DNA of 64,000 nucleotides, from sequence record DRR378314_301; one strand, given 5' to 3'. The notes beneath the pieces are model-generated. The model saw only the letters and a program-made list of their open reading frames with translations, did no database searches and had not been told where the DNA came from. This document shows, piece by piece, positions 1 through 7,496 of the stretch. Each line of letters starts with the position of its first letter. The first letter of the stretch is position 1. The translations under genes and the position numbers were made by a program.

Positions 1-38
1 CTCCATTCCGTAGCCGCGCATGCTGGCTGGTGTTAGGC
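1..38 (+). repeat. attC site, right part (cut by window edge)
   Basis: GTTAGGC (GTTRRRY) at 32-38, the exact complement of GCCTAAC at 839-845. Confidence 0.75.
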
Positions 39-63
39 CTTATCAGCTGAGCAGTTAAGGGAG

Positions 64-756
64 ATGTTGGTGGGAGATAGAGAAAATAATTGGCTTAAAA
101 CCCTGATCGACAGAGCACAAAAGTTTTGGCCAATATCCCTAGTACTAATGGCTCTGACCCTTCTATCCCAAGTTGAAACTCTACAGACTTGGTCCGATGG
201 ACTGGCATTTGTTGTGGACCAATGGCGCTACTTGATCCAAATTTTTTGGGAGCTTTTGATTAACTTTATTCGCGCGTTGATGCAGCTACCTCGATTAAAG
301 ATCGATACACCTACTCCAGAAATACTCACTTTCATATCGTTATTTTTCACCAGTATCCGAGCAAAGACATCTATTGATCATCATCTTACAAATCTGAGTG
401 ATAGAACAATCGAAGGCACTCGCTATGAACCTTATATATTTGGTGTAATTGTTTTTTTATTTATTGCACTTAGCGTAATTGCCTTGGGTGTTTTATTTTC
501 AAGTTATCGCATCTCATTACTGATACTATTTGTTATGTTTTGGTGTGCTTTGACTGTCGAATATATTTTTAAAAGGTCAGGTTATAAACATGAAGATATT
601 CCAGGTCAATTTGCTGCTAGCTTTTGGTTTGTCACCGGGGCAGCGGTCATATTGGCGGGCCTTATCTTTGCTGCTGCTGTTTTCCTCGAATTGGTAGTAG
701 AATATTTTTTGGCACTATTAGATCAGTTCGAGAGTTATCAACGCGAGAAAATATAA
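64..756 (+). CDS. Hypothetical multi-pass membrane protein (gene cassette)
   Basis: 230-aa ORF, AT-rich, several hydrophobic segments, RBS AAGGGAG just upstream, bounded by complementary attC cores. Confidence 0.7.
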   Translation: MLVGDRENNWLKTLIDRAQKFWPISLVLMALTLLSQVETLQTWSDGLAFVVDQWRYLIQIFWELLINFIRALMQLPRLKIDTPTPEILTFISLFFTSIRAKTSIDHHLTNLSDRTIEGTRYEPYIFGVIVFLFIALSVIALGVLFSSYRISLLILFVMFWCALTVEYIFKRSGYKHEDIPGQFAASFWFVTGAAVILAGLIFAAAVFLELVVEYFLALLDQFESYQREKI

Positions 757-838
757 AATCATCGTGATTATGTTTTACTCAGCAAAAAAGTGCCGTGATA
801 CTATGTGGGTTCTAGCGACATTGGGAGTTTAGCGCCAG

Positions 839-916
839 GCCTAACAAGCCACTGTTGCCGGACAATTTTTCAACCGCTTTGCGGTTCCAAAATTGCCGCA
901 AAGCTCTGCGTTAGAA
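839..916 (+). repeat. Intact attC site (78 bp)
   Basis: R'' GCCTAAC, 5-nt spacer, L'' ACTGTTGC, arm CCGGACAATTTT pairing with AAAATTGCCGCAAAGC with unpaired bases, central AACCGC-TTT-GCGGTT hairpin, R' GTTAGAA. Confidence 0.92.
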
Positions 917-923
917 GGCAGAT

Positions 924-1295
924 ATGGAAACACATAACCTCGGTTCTACCCGGCAATATAATCAACCAATATGGACAGGCTCCGGATTCGTTGAAGTTCC
1001 GGCCCAAGAGCTATGGGAGAGGCTCCCGGAGTTGCTGCATGACATAGCTCTAGATGAAATACATAGCGGTAACAAGCCGGTTAGTATTCTCGAAAATCAA
1101 GAAAGAGGGATTGTGCTGTTAAGTTTAGCGAAGGGGCCATTAATCCCAAGAAACACTGATGAACACGTCATTGTCCATACTCATCATGAGTACGGAAATT
1201 ACTGCTATGACGGCACAACAGCCACCTACGAAGACGCACGGTCTGGTAACTTTTTGTCGTTCGAAGATCCCGAGTATGAAGATGAGACCTTCTAA
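924..1295 (+). CDS. Hypothetical acidic protein (gene cassette)
   Basis: 123-aa ORF starting 7 nt after R'; its TAA stop lies inside R'' TTCTAAC. Confidence 0.75.
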   Translation: METHNLGSTRQYNQPIWTGSGFVEVPAQELWERLPELLHDIALDEIHSGNKPVSILENQERGIVLLSLAKGPLIPRNTDEHVIVHTHHEYGNYCYDGTTATYEDARSGNFLSFEDPEYEDETF

Positions 1296-1328
1296 CCATA
1301 GCTCAACCGGATACCGCAGGCGTTATGC
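1290..1328 (+). repeat. Internally deleted attC (39 bp)
   Basis: TTCTAAC...GCTCAACCGGA...GTTATGC: both cores present but too short for a full L''/L' fold. Confidence 0.75.
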
Positions 1329-1343
1329 ATCTTGGAGGCTCCA

Positions 1344-1835
1344 ATGATCCGACAAGCCACAATCGATGATACTGATCAGATTGCGAGCATATACAATCAC
1401 TATATATTGAACTCAGTGGCAACCTTCGAAGATGCCGAGGTCACAACAGCTGTGATGTCGGAGCGACTTCAGAAAGTACGATCTGACTCGCTTCCTTGGT
1501 TGGTAGCTACAGAGAATAGTGATGTGGTCGGGTATGCGTATGCTACTAAATGGAATAATCGCGCTGCATATAAGCACACGGTTGAAATAACCGTTTATGT
1601 ATCACCAATAGTTTTATCCAATGGTATTGGAAGCGAACTCTATAATGAGCTCTTTTCAGTATTGCGCCAGCGCGGAATCCATGCGGTTTTAGCGGGAATA
1701 ACACTCCCCAATGCTGCAAGCATTGCGCTCCATGAAAAGTACGGCATGGAAAAGGTGGGCCACGTCAAAGAGGTAGGCTACAAATTCGGCGAGTGGCTAG
1801 ATGTTGGGTATTGGCAGGTGCGGCTAAATTCATGA
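1344..1835 (+). CDS. GNAT N-acetyltransferase, phosphinothricin/methionine-sulfoximine acetyltransferase (Pat/YncA)-like (cassette)
   Basis: Motifs IYNHYI..TFE, GYAYA, GIGSELY, LPNAASIALHEKYG, VGYKFGEWLDVGYWQ; RBS GGAGG upstream of ATG 1344. Confidence 0.88.
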   Translation: MIRQATIDDTDQIASIYNHYILNSVATFEDAEVTTAVMSERLQKVRSDSLPWLVATENSDVVGYAYATKWNNRAAYKHTVEITVYVSPIVLSNGIGSELYNELFSVLRQRGIHAVLAGITLPNAASIALHEKYGMEKVGHVKEVGYKFGEWLDVGYWQVRLNS

Positions 1836-1913
1836 CAAGTCGCTCAAGTCTGTTCCGGCCTACAGCCGCCACCGGACGCCCTTATCGGGGCGCCGCTCAG
1901 CGTCTCGTTTTAT
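1830..1913 (+). repeat. Degenerate attC (84 bp)
   Basis: R'' TCATGAC (expected GCATAAC), GCTCAAG...GTTCCGGCC...CCGGACGCCC..GGGGCGCCGCTCAGC, R' GTTTTAT. Confidence 0.75.
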
Positions 1914-1935
1914 GGCAACGTGTAAAGAGATCTGA

Positions 1936-2271
1936 ATGACGAAAAAGTTTACCCAAGCAAAGGAAAAGCTTTTAAGTACGGAATACCCGCGTTGGCGTAA
2001 TCTTCTATCTTGCGCGATTCTTGTGCTTCTCGCTACGGGCGCAGTTTCCGCTTGGTGGTATGTCTATTACTCAGCCTCTGACGTAGAGTGCCACAAGGGT
2101 ATTCTGTATTTTTCAGCCATATGGTTGTCGGTGCAATGGGTGGTCATTGGTTATCTATACCGCTACCAAAACATTCCCGCATTCGCTCGGGACGCAATCA
2201 AACTGCTGATATTGCTAGGCAACGTATGGTTTGGGTTTTTCGTTTTTTCACTGCAGCCGTGTACCCAGTAG
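1936..2271 (+). CDS. Hypothetical membrane protein (cassette)
   Basis: 111-aa ORF with three hydrophobic segments, between attC-like sites. Confidence 0.7.
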   Translation: MTKKFTQAKEKLLSTEYPRWRNLLSCAILVLLATGAVSAWWYVYYSASDVECHKGILYFSAIWLSVQWVVIGYLYRYQNIPAFARDAIKLLILLGNVWFGFFVFSLQPCTQ

Positions 2272-2278
2272 ACCACGC

Positions 2279-2368
2279 ATATAATCAGTCATTTAAGTTC
2301 GTTCCGGCCTTAGGCCTCCACACTACCGATATTTCTGTGCGGTGCGCCTCCAAACTGGCGGGTTAACA
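2279..2368 (+). repeat. Degenerate attC (~90 bp)
   Basis: R'' ATATAAT; shares AAGT..GTTCCGGCCT...GCC.CCAC with the 1830-1913 site; R'-like GTTAACA. Confidence 0.65.
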
Positions 2369-2397
2369 TCGTCGTTCTCACACAAGTAGGTGCATCA

Positions 2398-2796
2398 ATG
2401 AAGCAAACAGGTAGTTGTCTCTGCGGGGGCATCCAATACGAAATCAACGGTCGGCTTACCGATGTTCTGAACTGTCATTGTTCAATGTGTCGCAAGCTTC
2501 ATGCCTCAGCGTTCAGAACGCGCGCCAAGGTGCAATCCTCGGATTGGATCACCGTCAAAGGTGAGGAATTGCTGAAGTTCTACGAATCTTCTCCGGGTGA
2601 GCACAAAGGCTTCTGCTCAAACTGCGGCTCAAGCCTCTATACCAAATTTGATGCAGCCCCCGAGATCTATGGTTTCCCGCTCGGAACACTTGATACCGAC
2701 CCTGGAATCAAAGCAGGGCGCCATGTATTCGTGGGCAGTAAAGCTCCGTGGTTCGAGATTACAGATGATCTGCCTCAGCATGCAGAGTATGACTGA
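2398..2796 (+). CDS. GFA/CENP-V family zinc-binding protein (cassette)
   Basis: GSCLCG, CHCSMCRK, FCSNCGSSL, HVFVGSKAPWFEI. Confidence 0.92.
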   Translation: MKQTGSCLCGGIQYEINGRLTDVLNCHCSMCRKLHASAFRTRAKVQSSDWITVKGEELLKFYESSPGEHKGFCSNCGSSLYTKFDAAPEIYGFPLGTLDTDPGIKAGRHVFVGSKAPWFEITDDLPQHAEYD

Positions 2797-2801
2797 GACA
2801 G

Positions 2802-2860
2802 TGATAATCAGCTGCGTAAGGCGGACGCATGAGACGCGCCGCTTCTTTTTCGCGTTGGGC
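2802..2860 (+). repeat. Degenerate short attC (59 bp)
   Basis: R'' TGATAAT; AAG(G)CGG(A)CGC pairs with GCGCCGCTT leaving two extrahelical bases; R' GTTGGGC. Confidence 0.7.
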
Positions 2861-2871
2861 GATGATGAGGC

Positions 2872-3345
2872 ATGCAAGTGAACAATATTGAGTACGGTGA
2901 TCTGCAAGACCTTAGTCGTCCTGAGATTTTAGGTATTCTGAACAATGAAAGAGTTCGGGATCACTTGGTTGCACATGAAGAATTTGATGAGAATTTATTA
3001 GGTCAATGGATTAGGGGAAAAGTTAAAGTAGATGAAACTTACGGATGCAAAGTTAAAGGGATCAAGGTAGATGGGGTGGTGGCGGGTTGGTGTGGTATTC
3101 AATTCGAAAATGGTTCTTATGAGCTAGCAATAGTGTTGGACCCCAAATATTGGGGAGTGGGTAAAGGAGTATTCAAAGATATGATGCAGTGGGCGTTCCA
3201 GTTGGGTCATAGTGAGGTGGTTCTGCATTTGTTCAATACTCGACCTGAATACAGATTTCTTAGAAAAATGGCGTCTCGGGTGTATGAAAGTGAAATGTTT
3301 GGGCAGAAGTACACAAGTTACAAGCTGAAGGTTCCAGGTGCCTAA
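2872..3345 (+). CDS. GNAT-fold N-acetyltransferase (cassette)
   Basis: AGWCGIQ...YELAIVL..KYWGVGK acetyl-CoA-binding-like motif; stop inside R''-like GCCTAAA. Confidence 0.75.
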   Translation: MQVNNIEYGDLQDLSRPEILGILNNERVRDHLVAHEEFDENLLGQWIRGKVKVDETYGCKVKGIKVDGVVAGWCGIQFENGSYELAIVLDPKYWGVGKGVFKDMMQWAFQLGHSEVVLHLFNTRPEYRFLRKMASRVYESEMFGQKYTSYKLKVPGA

Positions 3346-3441
3346 AATTCGCTTAAATCGGTTATTTCCATGGGTTCAGGTCAAAGATGGCTCTGGTCCA
3401 GGCTAACCAACGAGCTGAGGGGGCAGCCCCGCTCGTTGGGA
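3340..3441 (+). repeat. Two attC remnants (3340-3367, 3401-3441) flanking a ~35-bp cassette relic
   Basis: GCCTAAA-ATTCGCTTAAATCG-GTTATTT; then GGCTAAC followed by a CCAACGAGC...GCTCGTTGG hairpin. Confidence 0.5.
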
Positions 3442-3486
3442 GTCATAATGTCTAGAATGAATTGAATCCAGCTTTCTGGAGCTAAA

Positions 3487-3837
3487 ATGAGAGTAAAACG
3501 CATCGTCTCCAATATCGCGGCAGCTAGCCCATCAGAAGCAGAGAGGTTCTATGAGGACATCTTTGGGCTCAAGGTGGTGATGGATCATGGGTGGATAAGA
3601 ACCTATAGCTCGGGCGAGGAAATGACCACTCAGGTAAGCGTGGCGTCGGAAGGTGGCTCTGGCACGCCAGTCCCTGATCTCTCTATAGAAGTCGATAACC
3701 TGGACGTTGCCTTGGAGAGAGTGGCAAACGGAAGTATTGAGATTGAGTATGGACCGGTAAGCGAGCCTTGGGGTGTCCGCCGGTTTTACGTGCGAGACCC
3801 GTTCGGGAAGCTCATTAATGTTATGCAGCACGAGTAA
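3487..3837 (+). CDS. VOC/glyoxalase family protein (probable cassette)
   Basis: [43 protein letters not shown]. Confidence 0.9.
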   Translation: MRVKRIVSNIAAASPSEAERFYEDIFGLKVVMDHGWIRTYSSGEEMTTQVSVASEGGSGTPVPDLSIEVDNLDVALERVANGSIEIEYGPVSEPWGVRRFYVRDPFGKLINVMQHE

Positions 3838-3839
3838 CT

Positions 3840-3948
3840 CTCGAGGACTCTCGAACCTACAGGCCATTCATAGAAACTTACACGGATGAAAAGCTGGAGT
3901 GGGCTACTACTGGTGCAGAACATGACAATGTGCTGCTGCTGAACAAAT
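3840..3948 (+). pseudogene. C-terminal fragment of a GFA-like cassette gene plus the left half of an attC
   Basis: Frame 3840-3923 reads [28 protein letters not shown], recalled as a GFA-family C-terminal pattern. 3920-3948 ACATGAC-AATGT-GCTGCTGC-TGAACAAAT resembles the left arm of the 839 attC. Confidence 0.55.
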
Positions 3949-3976
3949 ACGTGTACAAACTGGAACGGAGCGACAA

Positions 3977-4384
3977 ATGACATCCATCAAGACCTCTCTC
4001 ATGTTTGTCGGGGAACAAGCTGGGAAAGCCGAGGAGGCGATCACGTTCTATACCTCGTTATTTCCTGGTTCAAAGATTGTTGATATTCAGCGCTATGAAG
4101 CGGGAGAGCATGAACCAGAAGGCTCTGCCAAGATGGTTAAGTTCATGATAGACGGCACCGAATTCATGGCACTAGACAGTCACCTTGACCATCAGTTCAC
4201 CTTTACTCCCTCCATGTCATTGTACGTAGAGTTTGAATCAGCGAGCGAATTGGAGAAGGTGTTTCGGGCCCTCGCAGAAGGCGGCTCAGAGTTGATGCCT
4301 TTGGACAACTACGGTTTTAGCCAAAAATTTGGATGGCTGAATGACAGATATGGCGTGTCGTGGCAGTTGAATCTGCCGAACTAG
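3977..4384 (+). CDS. PhnB-like VOC protein (3-demethylubiquinone-9 3-methyltransferase family)
   Basis: [49 protein letters not shown]. Confidence 0.9.
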   Translation: MTSIKTSLMFVGEQAGKAEEAITFYTSLFPGSKIVDIQRYEAGEHEPEGSAKMVKFMIDGTEFMALDSHLDHQFTFTPSMSLYVEFESASELEKVFRALAEGGSELMPLDNYGFSQKFGWLNDRYGVSWQLNLPN

Positions 4385-4492
4385 GGTGTTTGCGGCATGG
4401 ACCGTTAAGCCATTGCATACAGTTGGCTTTGAGGAGCCATGGTTTGAGGTGCTAATCACCACATCAATGAGTCAAACACGGGGAAGAAGTGA

Positions 4493-4948
4493 ATGAACAC
4501 GCCCGCTATCGTTGGAACCCTGTTCGCCATGTTCTGTTTGTGGATGCTTCGGTATGCGGTGAGAAACCTTCGGAAAGCGGACATGAGTAATGACTGGCCG
4601 AGTGTTCCCGGGCGCATGATCAAGGTCCAGCTCTGGGGTAATCGCAATATAGGCGGTGAGATGAAGCCGGTCGAAAGACTGAATGCGGCTTACGACTACG
4701 AAGTCGATGGACGCCGTTACAGTGGCACACAGATTTCGTTCTACACGCTCGTGTATCCCGAAACCGCAGAGTTTGCAGAACGCCACCCCGAGAATTCCGG
4801 GGTCCCTGTTTTTTACAAACCGGATGATCCCACGCAGTCTGTATTGGTTACGGGAAGCAAAGGTGGCAATAAACGTTACAGTGAAATCATACTGGCTTGT
4901 CTGGGGTTGATGGTTTCGGTTGCTATCGCCGTATCTGATTTCATCTGA
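4493..4948 (+). CDS. DUF3592-like membrane protein
   Basis: N- and C-terminal TM helices, WPSVPG, YDYEVDGRRYSG, VFYKPDDPTQSVL. Confidence 0.8.
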   Translation: MNTPAIVGTLFAMFCLWMLRYAVRNLRKADMSNDWPSVPGRMIKVQLWGNRNIGGEMKPVERLNAAYDYEVDGRRYSGTQISFYTLVYPETAEFAERHPENSGVPVFYKPDDPTQSVLVTGSKGGNKRYSEIILACLGLMVSVAIAVSDFI

Positions 4949-5036
4949 GCAGCGACTCGCAGCGCTTGTATCCTTGCTCTACACTTCAATGGAAGGGTCC
5001 AGGCCGGGCCCTCCAGTCCGGAGTTGCAGAGCACCT

Positions 5037-6548
5037 ATGCCGCGATTTGACGATGAAGGGCCGCAGAGCCGGTCTCCGGAGCTATTTCCCAAACTGGCGT
5101 CAAGCGTGCCCGGGGTGCTCTTCATCTTCCAGCGCAGTGCTGACGGCAAGCGTTATCGTTACCCCTTTGTCAGTGATCGCGTGAGAAGTCTTTTCGGGCT
5201 TGAGCCGGAGGAACTTTTCCGGGACGGACAAGCCGTATTCTCTGCGATCCATCCCGAGGACGCTGCCGGTGTTGCTGCCAGCCTTGAGGAATCCGCCAAG
5301 AAGCTCACACCCTGGCAGCATCAGGCACGGATGCGACTGACCAGCGGAGAGTATCACTGGTTCGAATCAGATACGGTCCCAGAGCAACAGGTTGATGGCA
5401 GTGTGCTCTGGTATGGGCAGTTTAATGATATCCAGCCATTCAAAAACCTTGAGTTTGTTCTCAGGGAGAGCGAAGCCGAGTTTTCATTCCAGGCCGGTTT
5501 TCAGAAGCTGATCGCCCGGCTGTCTTCGGACTTTATTACCCGTGGGTTCGGTAACATTGATCAGAGCATCAACCGTGTTCTGGAATCCATTGGTCAGTTT
5601 TTCGAAGTCGACAGGGCCTACCTGTATCGCTTCTCTGAACACCGGACAACGATGACCAATACGCATGAATGGTCACGCAAGGGTGTCGAACCGTTGATCG
5701 ATACCCAGCAGCAGGTTCCCATCGCCGACTTTGCCTGGTGGCACCACCAGGTTGAGCAGATGATCCTTGAGAACCGTGTTGTTTTCATTGAAGACGTAGC
5801 CGCCCTTCCTGATGAGGCTGGCCCGGAGAAAGCATTAATGACGGAGCAGGGCGTCTGCTCGATGTTCTGCGTGCCGGTGCGAACTCGCGGCATCGTGTCG
5901 GGCTTTTTTGGCGTGGATTCCCTGAGTCACAGGGTCTGGCGCACTGATCAGGCTGATTTGCTGATTATTGTTTCGGGACTGTTGTCCGGTGCGCTGGAGC
6001 GCCACCGGCTAGAAGAAGAGTTATTGAATCAGTCCATCCGGGACCCTCTGACCGGGCTTCACAATCGCCGCTACCTCTATCCCCGCCTCGACGAAATGAT
6101 TGCTTTGTGGCATCGCGAGCAGCAGCCCTTTGCCTTGGCCATCTTCGATATAGACCACTTCAAAGAGGTCAACGACCGCTTTGGTCATCTGGCCGGCGAC
6201 TATGTGTTAAGGGAGTTTACCAGTGTCTTGCTGGAGCAGACGCGCGCCATGGATGTGGTTGCCCGATACGGCGGTGAGGAATTCGTGGTGTTGTTCTCAG
6301 CCACAAGCCCAAAAGCGGCGGTGGCGCAGGTCAGCCGAATTCTGGATAAGGTCCGGGCCTACCGCTTCCTGTTCGAGGGCAATGCGTTATCCATCACGGT
6401 GAGCGCTGGTGTTTCCGGAACCTTGTGTGACATGGAAGGTGATCTCACACCGGAAACACTGATCGGCGATGCTGACGACAGGCTGTACATGGCGAAACAG
6501 TCCGGTCGTGACCGTTTTGCAGATGCATCAGGGCCATCACGCTTATAG
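5037..6548 (+). CDS. PAS-GAF-GGDEF diguanylate cyclase
   Basis: IHPED PAS motif, GAF (FFEVDRAY..THEW), DPLTGLHNRR, RAMD I-site, GGEEF; likely start ATG 5037. Confidence 0.92.
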   Translation: MPRFDDEGPQSRSPELFPKLASSVPGVLFIFQRSADGKRYRYPFVSDRVRSLFGLEPEELFRDGQAVFSAIHPEDAAGVAASLEESAKKLTPWQHQARMRLTSGEYHWFESDTVPEQQVDGSVLWYGQFNDIQPFKNLEFVLRESEAEFSFQAGFQKLIARLSSDFITRGFGNIDQSINRVLESIGQFFEVDRAYLYRFSEHRTTMTNTHEWSRKGVEPLIDTQQQVPIADFAWWHHQVEQMILENRVVFIEDVAALPDEAGPEKALMTEQGVCSMFCVPVRTRGIVSGFFGVDSLSHRVWRTDQADLLIIVSGLLSGALERHRLEEELLNQSIRDPLTGLHNRRYLYPRLDEMIALWHREQQPFALAIFDIDHFKEVNDRFGHLAGDYVLREFTSVLLEQTRAMDVVARYGGEEFVVLFSATSPKAAVAQVSRILDKVRAYRFLFEGNALSITVSAGVSGTLCDMEGDLTPETLIGDADDRLYMAKQSGRDRFADASGPSRL

Positions 6549-6622
6549 GAAAAGATCATTTCCCAGTATATTCAAAAAAGGTATATGCTTATAACATAAC
6601 TACCTTTCGGGAGGTGACGACT

Positions 6623-7489
6623 ATGACCAACCCCGTTGTACAACCCTTTTTTGACGAACCAACCAACACGTTCAGCTACGTGGTGAGAGACCCGCATAGC
6701 CGCTACTGCGCCATCATTGATTCGGTGCTGGATTTTGACTACGCGGCGGGCAGAACGGACACACGTTCCGCTGATCGGATTATCGCCAGCGTGCGTGAAC
6801 AAAACCTGATCGTGGAGTGGGTGATCGAAACCCATGTACACGCGGACCATTTGTCGGCCGCGCCGTACCTTCATGCTGAGTTGGGTGGTAAAACCGGCAT
6901 TGGTGCGCACATTGTCGAGGTGCAGAAAATCTTCGGCAAAGCCTTTAACGCCGGCAGCGATTTTGCGCGTGATGGCAGCCAGTTCGATGTGTTATTCGAA
7001 GAAGGTGATCGCTTTCAGATCGGTGGTATGGAGGGCCGTGTTCTTCACACCCCCGGCCATACGCCGGCCTGTCTGACCTACGTAATCGGTGATGCCGCAT
7101 TTGTGGGGGATACCCTGTTCATGCCGGACTATGGAACGGCTCGCTGTGACTTTCCAGGAGGTGACGCCCGCGCGTTGTATCGGTCGATTCAGAAAGTGCT
7201 GGCGTTGCCGCCGCAGACCCGCCTTTTTCTCTGTCACGATTACAAAGCCGAAGGGCGCAACGAATTCCAGCATGTAACGACGGTGGAGGAGCAACGCCGC
7301 CATAATATTCACGTGCACGAGGGTACATCAGAGGACGATTTCGTCAGGATGAGAACCGAGCGCGATGCGACGTTGGGTATGCCCAGGCTGATTTTGCCGT
7401 CGGTGCAGGTGAATATGCGAGCCGGGCATATGCCACCGCCCGAGGAGAACGGCCAGGTTTACCTCAAAGTACCGGTTGACCTTTTCTGA
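6623..7489 (+). CDS. MBL-fold metallo-hydrolase, persulfide dioxygenase (ETHE1/Blh)-like
   Basis: ETHVHADHLS, TPGHTPAC, GDTLFMPDYGTARCDFPGG, LCHDY; RBS GGAGG. Confidence 0.92.
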   Translation: MTNPVVQPFFDEPTNTFSYVVRDPHSRYCAIIDSVLDFDYAAGRTDTRSADRIIASVREQNLIVEWVIETHVHADHLSAAPYLHAELGGKTGIGAHIVEVQKIFGKAFNAGSDFARDGSQFDVLFEEGDRFQIGGMEGRVLHTPGHTPACLTYVIGDAAFVGDTLFMPDYGTARCDFPGGDARALYRSIQKVLALPPQTRLFLCHDYKAEGRNEFQHVTTVEEQRRHNIHVHEGTSEDDFVRMRTERDATLGMPRLILPSVQVNMRAGHMPPPEENGQVYLKVPVDLF

Positions 7490-7496
7490 CGTGGGG

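Larger units (their letters stand above)
1..4948 (+). mobile_element. Distal part of an integron gene-cassette array (integrase not in window)
   Basis: Nine short co-oriented ORFs separated by attC-like imperfect inverted repeats. The R' core before a gene is complementary to the R'' core after it (GTTAGGC 32-38 / GCCTAAC 839-845; GTTAGAA 910-916 / TTCTAAC 1290-1296). The right boundary is uncertain. Confidence 0.88.

Noticed and set aside
4385-4492. Further collapsed cassette (GTTAAGC at 4404-4410, GAGGAGCC-ATG-GTT-TGA, TGCTAAT)
   Set aside because: Suggestive, but there is no pairing arm or convincing complementary core, so it could be chance.
1-4948. CRISPR array or toxin-antitoxin cluster as the explanation of the repeats
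   Set aside because: The repeats are non-identical imperfect palindromes separated by whole genes, which fits attC. No cas genes or recognisable TA pairs.
6565-6600. BigR- or Zur-like operator upstream of the MBL gene (TATGCTTATAACATA)
   Set aside because: Only a partial palindrome in AT-rich promoter DNA; the regulator cannot be assigned.
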